64,000 nt of DNA from Antedon mediterranea (Eukaryota > Animalia > Echinodermata): contig NC_092673.1 of assembly GCF_964355755.1 (NCBI RefSeq), positions 24,673,648 through 24,737,647 of the forward strand, read 5' to 3'. The notes under the pieces were generated by a model, which saw nothing but the letters and a program-made list of their open reading frames with translations, did not search any database and was not told the DNA's origin. The position numbers were made by a program, and so were the translations under genes. Numbering within the stretch: position 1 is the stretch's first letter; every line of letters starts with the position of its first letter. Shown one piece after another: positions 39,801-51,400 of this stretch.

Positions 39801-42800
39801 CATCAGGTAGGAGGTAGTTCTTAGGGTCACCAATCTCGTACACAAGTTGCTCTGCAACTGCAGGTACTGATACAAGTCCGCCTGTTTTGGGTGGTTTGGT
39901 GATGATAAATGAACCATCGGAAGAACACTCAGCTATTGGGAAACCAATGTTGTCCCTAAACAAAAACAAACAAATTGGGTTATAGAGAAGTCAAAATATA
40001 TTGTTTATATACTGTATGTAATTACTATTATTTTTTTTTCAAATGCATCCAGCCAGTACAAACTCGCCAACAGGATGGCTAAATTATTTTATAATTTATC
40101 GTGCATATAAAATAAGTCTCATTTAAGGTTGAGGGAGCGGAGTTGAAAGAGTTACAACCCTAGCACTATGTCAAGATTGAACCTTGGACCTTGAAATTGG
40201 AAGGCAAGCATGTTAACCACCAGGCTACAGGTCCATTTTATAAGTGTAGTTTATTTTCATATACATTTGGATTCAATCAATTAAAGTTATACTATAATTT
40301 TATGTAACAATACCACAATATTATACTATTTCTATACCTTCACTGAATTAAATTAAACATACAACACTTATTAGAAAATATAATTAATTACATTTAAATT
40401 ATAAAAACTAATTTCATAACTTTTTCATTGAACTTTTTTTGGTACACAGTTTTAAAACTGTACATACTTACCAATCTGGAACAGTATGCCAATCAGTAAA
40501 TATACCACCAGTCACCTGGGCTCCGCATTCTACTAAATGGCCTGCTAAGCTGCCTTGAGCCAATAGGTTATACTCATCAGTGGCCCATCCAAACTACATT
40601 ACATGGACAATATATATGTATATAGTATAATAGATGATGGTCACATAAAAAATAAATAAATAAATACGCAGGGAAAATTACAAAATTTACTCCATTAATA
40701 ATATATGGCAGATTAGAGGATTAAGAAATCGATGTAGGGCCTAGTATCAGTGTGTGAGAGATGAGAGATATTAGATTTTTACCTTGAGCCTACCTAGGCT
40801 AGCTAATGTGCACTGGTAGATTTTTTAATAAAATGTCGTTGCAGTTCAGTATTGCAAGCAGCCATTGAAAGAGACTTACTGTGTGCATTAGGGGTCCCAA
40901 GACAACAGCACTGTCCACACATCGGCCAGTGATGACCACATCAGCACCAAGATCTAAAGCTCTTGCTATTGGTGTCGCACTGGTGAAAGAATATGTTGAA
41001 GAATTGCAACAAAGAGCACCAACTAAGTGGGTATTTTTTATTTCATTTATTCACTGTAGTGTAATTACCAAATGATTAAATACATATTTTTTTTTAAAGC
41101 GCTACAAAATTGTAAACATTAGTTGTATTAATTATTTTTGTTGCAGGAATCAGTACCCAAAAAAATTAAGCTTAAAAACATAATATTAACATATTCATAC
41201 ATCCTTGTCTACACTAGCAAACTTTATGTGACAAAAAAATGTCAAATTAGTTTGATAATGTAGACAGCTTTAGGATGACACCACATCCTGATTGACTTTC
41301 CTTGGAAGATCAACCTCAGGAATGTAGTGATCCACGTTAACTAGGCATCAGGGAGAATAATGCACTTGTCAATTGTATGACCCACTATACGACCCCCGGG
41401 AGAGGTGCGTCATTTGTCCGATGTGCGTCATACTTTTGAATACCATGACGCACCCGTGAGTCAAAAAGGTGACTTACCTTTAGGTGACCATGACGCACCC
41501 ATTTTGACGCACTGTGACCATGTTGTTTATGATATGGTGGGTGGTAAAGTGACGGACATTGACACACCTTGTTCATTGATGTGACGTACCATCTAGGTTT
41601 TTTGACGCACCCCTGCGTCAGTAATTATTTGTAAATGACGCACCCATGACGCACCTTTCCCGGGGGTCGTATAGTGGTTCATACAATTGACACGTGCATA
41701 AGGGGTGAAACACATGTGTGTTCTTAGTCGCACCATGTTACAGACTTACCCTAGATAGGCATTCATACTGACCAGAGACTTTGGCATAGCTATACCAGAA
41801 TCAATGTCACAAACACTGCTTTCAAATATATCCGATTTCTGAGAAAGAAGTTATTTAGGTTGGTTTAGTCACATTTAAGAAATAGGTTGGCTATCGTGCA
41901 ATTTTATAAACATAGAAATTAATTATGATTGGATTGCATAAATTGTGCATGACTGGATCACACAGGCAAAGCTCCCAAGTGTTCTTATTTTTACCATGTC
42001 TTATTTTAAAAGTTATACTCGCATAAGTAAGTACAATGCGCATAAAATAAATTCCCCGACACTTAATAAGTGTTATATTCTCACATCATTAATTAATTAT
42101 TGACAGTTAATATATAATATATTTGTGAACTTTCCTATAAGAAATTACAAAAAAACAAACCTTTGATATGATGTTATCACCAGTTACGACTGCAACCTTT
42201 AGGTCTACACCAGACTTCTTTGCAACCTCTTTTAGAGCAGCAGCACAACTGTGTGGGTTGATACCTCCTGCATTACTAATTACCCTCACTCCTTTCTTCT
42301 TTATGTCTCCCAGAAGAGGTGCCATTACTGCTTGGATAAAATCTGGTGCATAACCAAGTTCCTTTAAATAAAAAATACTATATATATAAAAACAACAAAA
42401 AGACACCCTTTGCTTACAGAATACAGAATTACTCCATTAAAAATTACCACATACACATAATTATTACCATAATAAACACATACATGTATTACTATAAATG
42501 TAAAATACAATGGTAAAATGAATTGGGAGAGTTTTTGGTTTTCAGAAAGTTCAGTAAATTGGGAAACTTGCATGAATGTTTATAGATATCTGTATAGCAT
42601 ACATAAACAAGTTGAATTCTATTTATTCAAAAACATATAGCACGGGTCAACATTTTTGAGTGCGCAATTTGAGTTCGCTACACAACATTAAAGATCAACA
42701 GTAACTTTTTACCGGAAATTTGTGTTTTGCAGCTGTAAGAAGTGACATTGTTATTTCGGATAAGTAGTCAAAAACCAGAAAATCAATGTTGCCATAGTGA

Positions 42801-43535
42801 ACTAGTTGTGGAGCTGAAAAATAAAAACAATGATTAGTATTATTGATGTTCTAATGCACTTTTATCAGACTATCTTCAATGTTAAGTTAGCCAATACCAA
42901 TTCGCCAATACCAAGTGGTCAAACATGCATCATGACACCAAAAAAGTCTGAATGGGTGCAAACAGTTAAATTATCACCAATCCAATAATCAATATTATTA
43001 TTATTTACACTTGTTAATGTATTATTTATTTTTACTAGGCCTAGGCTAGGGCCTAGGCCTATATAGTTAAAATTATTATTATTATTATTATTATTAGGCT
43101 AGGCCTAGGCCCTAGTAAGTTTATAAAAAAAGGGTGCGAGTCAACCTTGTTGTTATTATTATTAATATAGGTATAATGGCCACTACACCTGACAACAAAA
43201 AGGCGGATATCTAGGCCTAGTCGCAAGCATTGATGATAGTAGAGGCTTCCTCCTCCACCTTCCCTGCCTCCCTCCTTCAGGTAATTTCTCTTTTATGCAT
43301 GGTTTTAAATTTAAGGCCTAGGCTAGGCCTACTTCTTATAATACTAATTACTATTACCAGATGTCGCTGTATCGCCCCAAAATCCAGATGCACATCCAAT
43401 TCGCAACTTTCTTTCTGATGCTTGGGAGCTACAATATCGTCTAATCAATTCATTTCTCGAATTCACAGAGACATTATATAGACTTGAAAGTCTAGTATTC
43501 ATTCTAAAAAACAAAGAGCACTTTGTTAACGACAT
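30883..43535 (-). CDS. AtuA (acyclic terpene utilisation, DUF1446) family protein, 16 coding exons, about 638 aa (627 aa if started at ATG 43502), probable mitochondrial presequence
   Basis: Exons 5'->3' on the minus strand: 43535-43358, 42813-42713, 42361-42161, 41838-41750, 40979-40880, 40593-40472, 39955-39700, 39146-39040, 38777-38720, 37947-37803, 37663-37624, 35295-35244, 34887-34704, 32972-32855, 31678-31588, 30957-30883 (TGA). All introns are GT-AG and phases are consistent. Family motifs: [118 protein letters not shown]. Confidence 0.93.
32694..32845. mobile_element. MITE family A copy
   Basis: Ends ATCTCTGTCTAC.. and ..TTTGATAGTGTAGACAGAGCT, with the internal family subrepeats. Confidence 0.85.
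33044..33222. mobile_element. PIF/Harbinger-like MITE with TTA target duplication
   Basis: TTA-AGCTTGGTTCCCACTAG..AACGCAAGGACGTAA ... TTACGTCCTTGCGTT..CTAGTGGGAACCACGCT-TTA, a long imperfect palindrome. Confidence 0.85.
33486..33646. mobile_element. MITE family A, near full-length copy
   Basis: TIRs AGTTCTGTCTACACTATCAAACT / AGTTTGATAGTGTAGACAGAGCT. Confidence 0.9.
35635..37379. repeat. 26-bp minisatellite (TTGGGAGGTTTGCTAGTTAGGTCTAT), about 67 copies, in intron 11 of the AtuA-like gene
   Basis: Nearly perfect tandem array is directly visible. Confidence 0.99.
38034..38160. mobile_element. MITE family A copy
   Basis: AGCTCTGTCTAGACTATCAAACT ... AGTTTGATAGTGTAGACAGAGCT. Confidence 0.88.
39160..39309. 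mobile_element. MITE family A copy
   Basis: TGTCTACACT..family subrepeats..TAGTGTAAACAGAGCT. A further internally deleted copy lies near 41206-41270. Confidence 0.85.
41361..41698. mobile_element. Non-autonomous PIF/Harbinger-like element with TIRs of about 53 bp and TAA target duplication
   Basis: TAA-TGCACTTGTCAATTGTATGACCCACTATACGACCCCCGGGAGAGGTGCGTCAT ... ATGACGCACCTTTCCCGGGGGTCGTATAGTGGTTCATACAATTGACACGTGCA-TAA, with repeated internal TGACGCAC motifs. Confidence 0.88.
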
Positions 43536-43539
43536 CTTT

Positions 43540-45410
43540 TTGCAACATTTACGCCGGGTATTTACTTGAATTGTGATATCTGGGGATATCCCTTTTGGAT
43601 TAGTATATAGAGGGCGCAATTTCTGATTCCGGAGAGAGAGCATAAATAAAAAATACAGATTTACGGCCTTTTTTAATTTTATATAGAATAATTCAAAGAG
43701 AAATAATATATTTTCCCATGAAAAAATGCTTAATTTTACAATTGTTTTGCTGATTACGCTATTCTAATTTTACATAATAGTAGTTAACGCAAAAATTTAA
43801 GCGAAATCAAAATTATTATTAATATTTATTATTAGCAACAAAAAAAATCTTCTAATCTAACAAAAAATTACTTCTCTCAAACTTCACCTTACCTATATTA
43901 TAGGCCTATGGCTACATAAACTCAAATATGAATTCCAAATTATTTTCTAGATCGACACTAATAAAAACAGTACGGCTACGTATTTAATTGTGTCTATTTT
44001 TTAAATATAACATAAATTAATTTATAATTGTATATAAAAAATCAAAATAAAACAGTTAAACAAATTAGAAAATAAAAAAAAAGTTTGGAACTATGCCGTG
44101 ACATTGTTTGATCAATGCCGTGACCAGGATTCGAACCTGGGTTATTGCGGCCACAACGCAATGTACTAACCACTATACGATCACGGCGAGCTGCTAGTTC
44201 CGTTGTAGCTGATGCGAATTTTAAGAACCATATCGCTTGACTGTAATCTTTTGGGCGGTTCCTGTACGTGATTGGTCGAGATGGTATGCTTCACTAATTT
44301 CGCCTCGGTATCGCAAAACCTAATTCCTATGTAGCGCCCTCTGTAAAATCTACCAGATCGTTCTTCTTTCACACACACACACACACTAGATAATAATAAA
44401 GTCTTCGGCCTTTTATGGTTTTCTTTCAACCTAGTCACCCGAATTTTAAATCTTGAAATTTTAATTCTGTACTTATCATCGCGGCATACAGACAAAACTT
44501 TCATTCCGATATTTAATAACAGAAAGATTCATATAAATGTTTTACAAAATGGGACGATTGATTAATTGGCTTTTTAAAATATAAAAAAAACGTACAAATG
44601 ATTAAATTTCATTTGTTTTACTATATATAATTGTATTGGCTGCCTAAACGATCATTTATTAAATTATAGGCCTGCCATCGGACTGTCAATCACACATTTT
44701 AAATCTTAACTTGCCTTAAATTATACTTGTTTGTACTCTAGTCTAACTGTTTGACATAGCTAACGTATTCTGCAAACAAAAGCATACATGTGAAAAACTG
44801 TATGGCTTTTGTTTAAATATTTTAAGAAAGAAACGATAAGATTCAGTTTTTCTTAACAAAATTCTTTTCTCTATTAATTTTCAGTAGGTCTAAAGGTATA
44901 GGCATTTTCAAATTAAAATTAAACTTCTTTTTTTTGTGTCATATCATATGGGTAATTTGTTTAGGCTGAGGGAGTGGTCTCGTAGTTATCAATATAAGCA
45001 ATTTATTAAATAAAACATTTACTAAATCCGAGTAGTATAATAGCATTTCCTCCAATGTAATAATAATAGTAATATAAATTCAATCAAATAGTAATATAAA
45101 TTCAATCAAAAAATCAAGATGAGATTAAAAATAGCAGCAGCACACAGACGTCTGCCAATCACCTCTTTGACATAAAAATATCAACCCATTCTAGTTTGCG
45201 GAAATCAACACACATGCAAGTCCCACCTCAAACCACATGATTGACAGAATAATTTTTAAAGGGCCAGCCCGCCGCCGTCTCGCGCGTTTTCCGCAATGCA
45301 TACAGCAGCAGCAGAGACTACACACAGAGAAGAAAGCTTTCGCGGTGTGGATTTACCGGAGGTTCGTGGGTTTAGGCCTACATGGGATTTCCCTTGCGAA
45401 AACCATGAAT
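43540..45410. promoter_or_regulatory. Divergent promoter interval (AtuA-like on minus, PCGF3 on plus) containing tRNA-His
   Basis: Head-to-head gene starts about 1.9 kb apart, local CpG enrichment (44100-44500, 45260-45430), CCAAT motifs near 44270 and 45155, and AGAGGGCGC motifs at 43608-43617 and 44332-44343. Confidence 0.6.
44116..44187 (-). tRNA. trnH-GTG: tRNA-His (GTG)
   Basis: Minus strand reads GCCGTGATCGTATAGTGGTTAGTACATTGCGTTGTGGCCGCAATAACCCAGGTTCGAATCCTGGTCACGGCA (72 nt). Paired acceptor, anticodon and T stems, anticodon GTG, intact A and B boxes, and a downstream oligo-T terminator (plus-strand A run about 44075-44082). Confidence 0.97.
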
Positions 45411-48400
45411 TTATACCGTCATCTGCCGCAAAATCTGCATGATGACCAAATGAAGGTAATTATTGAAATATATTTTATATGTGTACGTAAATTCAGATAA
45501 ATTAGTTACGCAGAAATGTTAGAAACTGGCGATTAAACACAAGACTACATGGCATTTTTAACGCTGAGGGTTTGTTGTATGTAAGGCAGACGTGGCCTCT
45601 CCTTCACACTCCTGGTGCGGTTTTGTCCCTGGAACTCGTCGTAAACTACACATAAACAGTACCAACAGTGCTCAGTCAATACTAGTTTTGGCTACCGCTT
45701 GAGAGTACAGTACTGTTTGTAATGTTTTGTATGATGTTTCAAGAGTAGTTGTTTAACAAGTTAATTAAATTTAATTATTAATATTATGTATGTTTTTTGT
45801 GCTATTAATTACTAGTATAGGATAGGAAGGTAGACATGCGAGCCTTTCTAGACTACTTTTAATACTCCATGTTTTAATCATGGTAAATTTCTATTATATT
45901 CGCCGTACATTCATTCAACATTTATTTAGGAACATTTACAATAACTTAAATGATACAAGTACAGAGGGAATAACATTGATACACAGTTAAAAGAAATATT
46001 AATGCATTTAACCTAAAAATGTATCCCAAAACAATATACTGTATTCCATACTATCTCTGCCACTTTTCCCGCAAGGAAATGTGAAAAAAACTGACTCCAC
46101 TCAAAAAAGCTGACAGCAGCCAGAGCACTGGGTGAGATGGGAAGCGGGTCTCTCTAAAAAGTCAATAAAAAGAGCTATACTCTTCCCAAAATAGGCTTTC
46201 GCTTATAATAAAATTACAAAGTTACTGTTTTTATTAATAATGAGGATTGCTAAATTCTCTACTTTGTTATTCAATTTCCATTTTTAAACATAAATTACAA
46301 AGTAAAGTAATAATCAAAGATTAGGCTTACTCTACATTAAATTTCACTTTGTGTACAGTGAGTACTGTAGTTAATAAGGGTTTCCAGTAGGCTATTGAAT
46401 GGCTAATTAATTTTTACAGTTGGCAGTTAGTTTAGTGGTAATCAGTCACCAATCCATTGATTAGTATAATCAGGGAGTTGTTTCCCTGGTATAATAATCA
46501 ACCACACACTGTGCTTAGTACCATAATAAGACAGAACATCTTGTTACATTAGTTTTAAACAATTAAAATGAAAGATTGCATGCACCCTTATTACCTGATT
46601 TCAATCATGGTAGCTGGCACAATTGAATTTAATCCAAAAAATAAATCTTCAATTGTATCATTCCAAGGTAGTAATTAGTTTTTTTTAAGTTACAGAAGAA
46701 CTTCTATTAAGGGGACACATTCAGGACCCAACAAAATGTCCCCTTAATAAGGGGCTTTCCTTGAATAGGGATTGGCCTTAGTTTATTGTTGTTCATTTTA
46801 TGGTGTCCCAAAGGAGGAGTTACACTCTCATTTGATTTGATGTTGAAATCTACAGTATATGATAATCATTTGATTACTGTAACATTATGTAGGGAGCCCT
46901 TATCTGTATACTAATTATGTTATATATTACTGTATACAATTCTTCAAATACATTTTTATTGAATGAATTTAATAATTCGATTTTATTTTTGCAACAAAAT
47001 TGTTAGTTACAGTATTGTACGTAAACTATTTGCATCACAACTTTGCATGTCTTCATATGTCATCCTAAAAACTGTCTGTGATTTATAGTAATTAGTATTT
47101 TAAACAGAAAGTTGATGCAAACAATATAAAGCAAATAATATGCAATGTATAAAGCTATTTTTCTACTGTAGGGTCAATGTTAAAAATTCCATTAAAATTC
47201 CTCATAAAAATTGTCTTAATATAGCATGAATTTCTATGTTTTTCAACTTGTGACCTATTTTCAGCTGTGGAGTATAGCACCATTTTCACTTCAAGATTTC
47301 TCATCCTGTCTGGTTCAATTATTCATTACAATTTGATTATATTAGTTGTACTTGCTTTTCACAAGCTCATAAATGAATTTCTTGAGTTTCAAACTACTAC
47401 TGTACTCTATTTACTACTACTCTATTTTAATATTAGATATAAAAATGTAATACACAAGTTATTTGACAACAATGTATACAGTACTACTATTCATTTGTGT
47501 TCCAACCTACTGTACTGTGTGTACAGTTTAATTGTTATTGATTTACTTAGTGTAATTTACAACCTTTTATGGTACACAATTCAATGTGCAACCCCTTTAT
47601 CCATAATCATATATTAAAACAAAACAGACTTATTAGTTAGAGACTTATTATTTATTGCACCATAGAGGAAAGAATGAGTTAGTGGTGTTACTGGCATACC
47701 ACAAATAAATAAAAAAAATTTAATGTAGAAACCCTTCTTTTGTTCTTGTACTGTATAGTACTGTACAAAAATATGTTATTTAAAATCAATAATTAGTCAC
47801 TCAGGTATCTTCCCGTGTCAAGTGAGTGATGTCACTTAACTTTTTATACATGTCACTATTTGATATTTAAAAAAAGAAATATTAATAAAAATAGCTAATT
47901 AAAAACACATTTTAAAATCCGGTAAGTTAACAAAAATGAATGTACAGGAAACAAATTGTTTTAATTTATTCGGCCTTAATTTTAATAAATTATGAATTTA
48001 AATAAAATGTTTATACAGTAGTGTTAATTATTGTAAATTCAGAATAACAGTTTGGCATTGTCAAAATAATATATATAATAAAAGATAATTATGTTTTGTA
48101 GTACAATAATCAATTGATACTGACTGCACTTCAATGTCTTTGTTATGATTTTAAAAACAATGCATTGTTAATAACTTTACATTTATATTTGTTAATATTA
48201 TACCAGATTTGGTGTCTGAAGTACTTTACAGTAGGTCATGCAATATGATATTTATTGATACACTCGTACCCATGCATTTCAAAATTCACTGTTAATGTAA
48301 AACTAAAACTTTGCAAAGCTTTTCCTACATGCCAAACAAATGACAACATGAAACCAATATTGATATTTGATAAAGATTTAATACAGTTATTTAAAGCATA

Positions 48401-51400
48401 TTTTCAAAATTCACTGAATTTTTTGGCGATAAAACATTGCCAAGCTTCTCCTACTGTACTGTATGCCCAATGACAATCAATATTGATATTTGATAAAGAT
48501 TGAATACAGTTACACTGTATTTAAAGCATATTTTAAAAATTCACTGAATTTTAGTGATAAAAATTTGCAAAGCTTTTCCTATGCCCAATGACAATAGGAA
48601 ACTAATATTGATATTTGATAAAGATTTAAAATACAGTTATTTAAAGCATATTTCCCCTCGGGGTTTAGGTTCCTCTTTTCTCCATCCTGCAAAAATACTA
48701 TTATGATTGCTATCTAGATCTTTGGTTGAGCTTTACAGATGTGCCACACTGTTAATTATATACAGTAGATTATATTTCATTTTTTTTAAACAGTATCTCC
48801 TTCTTTATATCCCTATTAAGTGGATACCTCCTATTAGAGACACTTACAGTATGTGCGTTTTAAACAAATAAGGTTATACACTGTGTTTAAACAATACGGT
48901 CAACCACTATTAATGGACATTCTATTGTCCCCTAAATAGGAGTTTTCTACTGTAGAATTTAGATTAATTTAAAATTAGCTTGATAAAACTTCCTTAAAAA
49001 TCTTAATTCATCATGTACTTAATTTATTTTTTATTTATTTATTTAGGTTTAAAAACACATACAAAACAGCAGCCATTGCCTGATAACGTTTGTTTACAAT
49101 CAATATACATATATAATTTAAAGTAAAAAAAAGAGGCACAATTATAAACAGTATAGAAAAAAAACTATATTATAAAACACAAAATACAATATTATTCGTT
49201 CATAAAATTAAGTACGTCATTATTATTATTATTATTTAAGATTATTATAAGTATAATACATTATTAAAATTATTATATAAAAAGTGGAAACGGCATCGAG
49301 AAAGTGAGAAATAATCGTGGAAATCAACCCATATCAGTTAGCATTAATAAACTTAACAATCGTAGGTATGGCAGACCTTTGGTATCGTTCAGTTTTACAC
49401 CTGGGGGGAAGGAGACTTCCGGTACTAGTAAGTGTAGTAATAGGAGGACTTGGAACAGAAGGGCATAGATAGGAAATTTACTTTAGTTACGATACAAATC
49501 CCAGCACCATTTTTTTCATTACAATTAATGACTATCGAATCTCAGTAACTGATAATCATTGCTTGTTGCAGGCTTAGCTACTGTAGACAATGCTTGCCCT
49601 TTCCTTTTAACAAGGTAGTATGCACACACCACTTAAGAATTACAAACAATGTGAAAAAACACAATAGAAATCAATTGCATTTAACAGATGCATGGTGGTC
49701 AAATAAAGCACTGTTTTGGTTAAAAAGGTAAACCACAAATATTTCTGTTAATTGATATTTAACATCTTTATTAAAAACATACACATTAGTTTTTTTCTCA
49801 ATATATAGTATATATATAGTATAGGTTCATTTTCAGAATAAGTTGCTAATTTATTTAGTCTACTTCGTGCCTAGCTTACCTGGATAAACCGACAATAGCC
49901 CGGTCTCTCCAGAGGGAAGACTTAGATACAAAAAATAAAAAGTTCCTAGAACACCCTGTACTGTACCATAATGAGACTAGTCCGCAATTCCACCTTCATT
50001 TGGGATCGTCCTAACATACCACCATCATCATTTATTTTCGGAAGAATTACTCCTAGAGAAACTAAAGCCTTACTGATTATGCTACTACAGTATTTAAAGA
50101 TCTGTGGGAGACAGGGGTGGGTTTCATCAATTTCACTAAGTCTTTAGTTTCAAAGGGACACATCAAAAGATAGATTTGTTTGAACCCTTGAAGCTCCAGG
50201 CAGTACAGTATATGGGGCAGCTTTACCATTTTGTGAATAGTTTCAGTAAAGTTGTAATGCGACAGCTTACCAACGTATGCCTGAACATACAGTACCCATG
50301 TTTTATTTACAAACAGAAGTACCAGTGTGGAATTTACATATATTCATTTTATGTTATATTTTAAGACTCAGTACTTTATTATCTAATTATTTTGCACTGT
50401 CTGTTATGTTAACATGGTTAATTACATCAGCTAACAACTGTCTCTACCTTTAGCTAAACCAAAAGTGATAAAGTATTTTGTCGAAAATTAAGAAAATACA
50501 CCTAAGTAGCAGAAAGATTGATTAAAACATTACCATTATGTGCCATATCTATTTGAGTTTTGCCTGTAGCCATTTTAATTAAGAATGAACTTGCGGCAAC
50601 TGACTTGCTCTCTTTCTCTCTCTCCCACTGACTGGTGGAAATAATCTTTTATTCAAGCGTTATTGTTTCTTGTTTTGCGAGCAGAAATCTGTTTTGTTAG
50701 AGTTTTAGTATTACAGTAGTACTTTTACTTGGTCTCTGCTATTTTCTTGTCTAGGCCAAAGCTAGAGGCTTCATTTAATCATTTGTACCTAAATGGTCTT
50801 TTATTCTCATTAAAAATAAATAATAAACTTGGAATGTACTGTGGCTTATATTCTTATTTTTAAATTAATTTAAAGGCATTCTGCCTAACTTCAACAACCC
50901 AAGACCTACTGTATTGTACCCTAAAAAGTACAGTAGGGTAGACATTTTATTCATTTGCTTTTAAAGGCCAGGTGCGGGCAAAAAATGTCTATTGATCATA
51001 AATTCCAATAATTATCGATCTATAGTTTCCCCTATGTTTCATAATTGTTGGGATTTTATTTGTGTTACACGAGCTTGTTAAAAATAAGCACTTTCTTATC
51101 AGTGGGGGGATAGTTCAAATAACACAGTAAAATCTCTATTCTTTTATACACAAATTTTGTAAATAGAGAGGCATTTTAAAAAGCTATGAAAAATAAACGG
51201 TGTGGTAAAAAATGTTATCAGATGACTAAATATAGGTAATATAACTTGAATATTACATTTCTGATATTTTTATTCAACTTCAGATTTTCATTTTCATGCT
51301 ATAGCAAAAATTATCCACCATACAGTATATCCACCAACTTTTTTCACCGTCTGGGGAGTCACCAGACATGTTATTACATTAGGTTAACTACCTAACTACT

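Noticed and set aside
30883-43535. AtuA-like gene as bacterial contamination or recent horizontal transfer
   Set aside because: It has fifteen canonical spliceosomal introns filled with host repeats, and host-like base composition.
43536-43643. Longer N-terminal extension of the AtuA-like ORF from ATG 43643
   Set aside because: It runs through promoter-like motifs (TATATA, AGAGGGCGC) and is probably upstream of the TSS. ATG 43535 or 43502 gives a better presequence.
44181-44504. 107-aa ORF upstream of the tRNA
   Set aside because: Includes a (TG)n microsatellite, has no domain similarity, and lies in promoter DNA.
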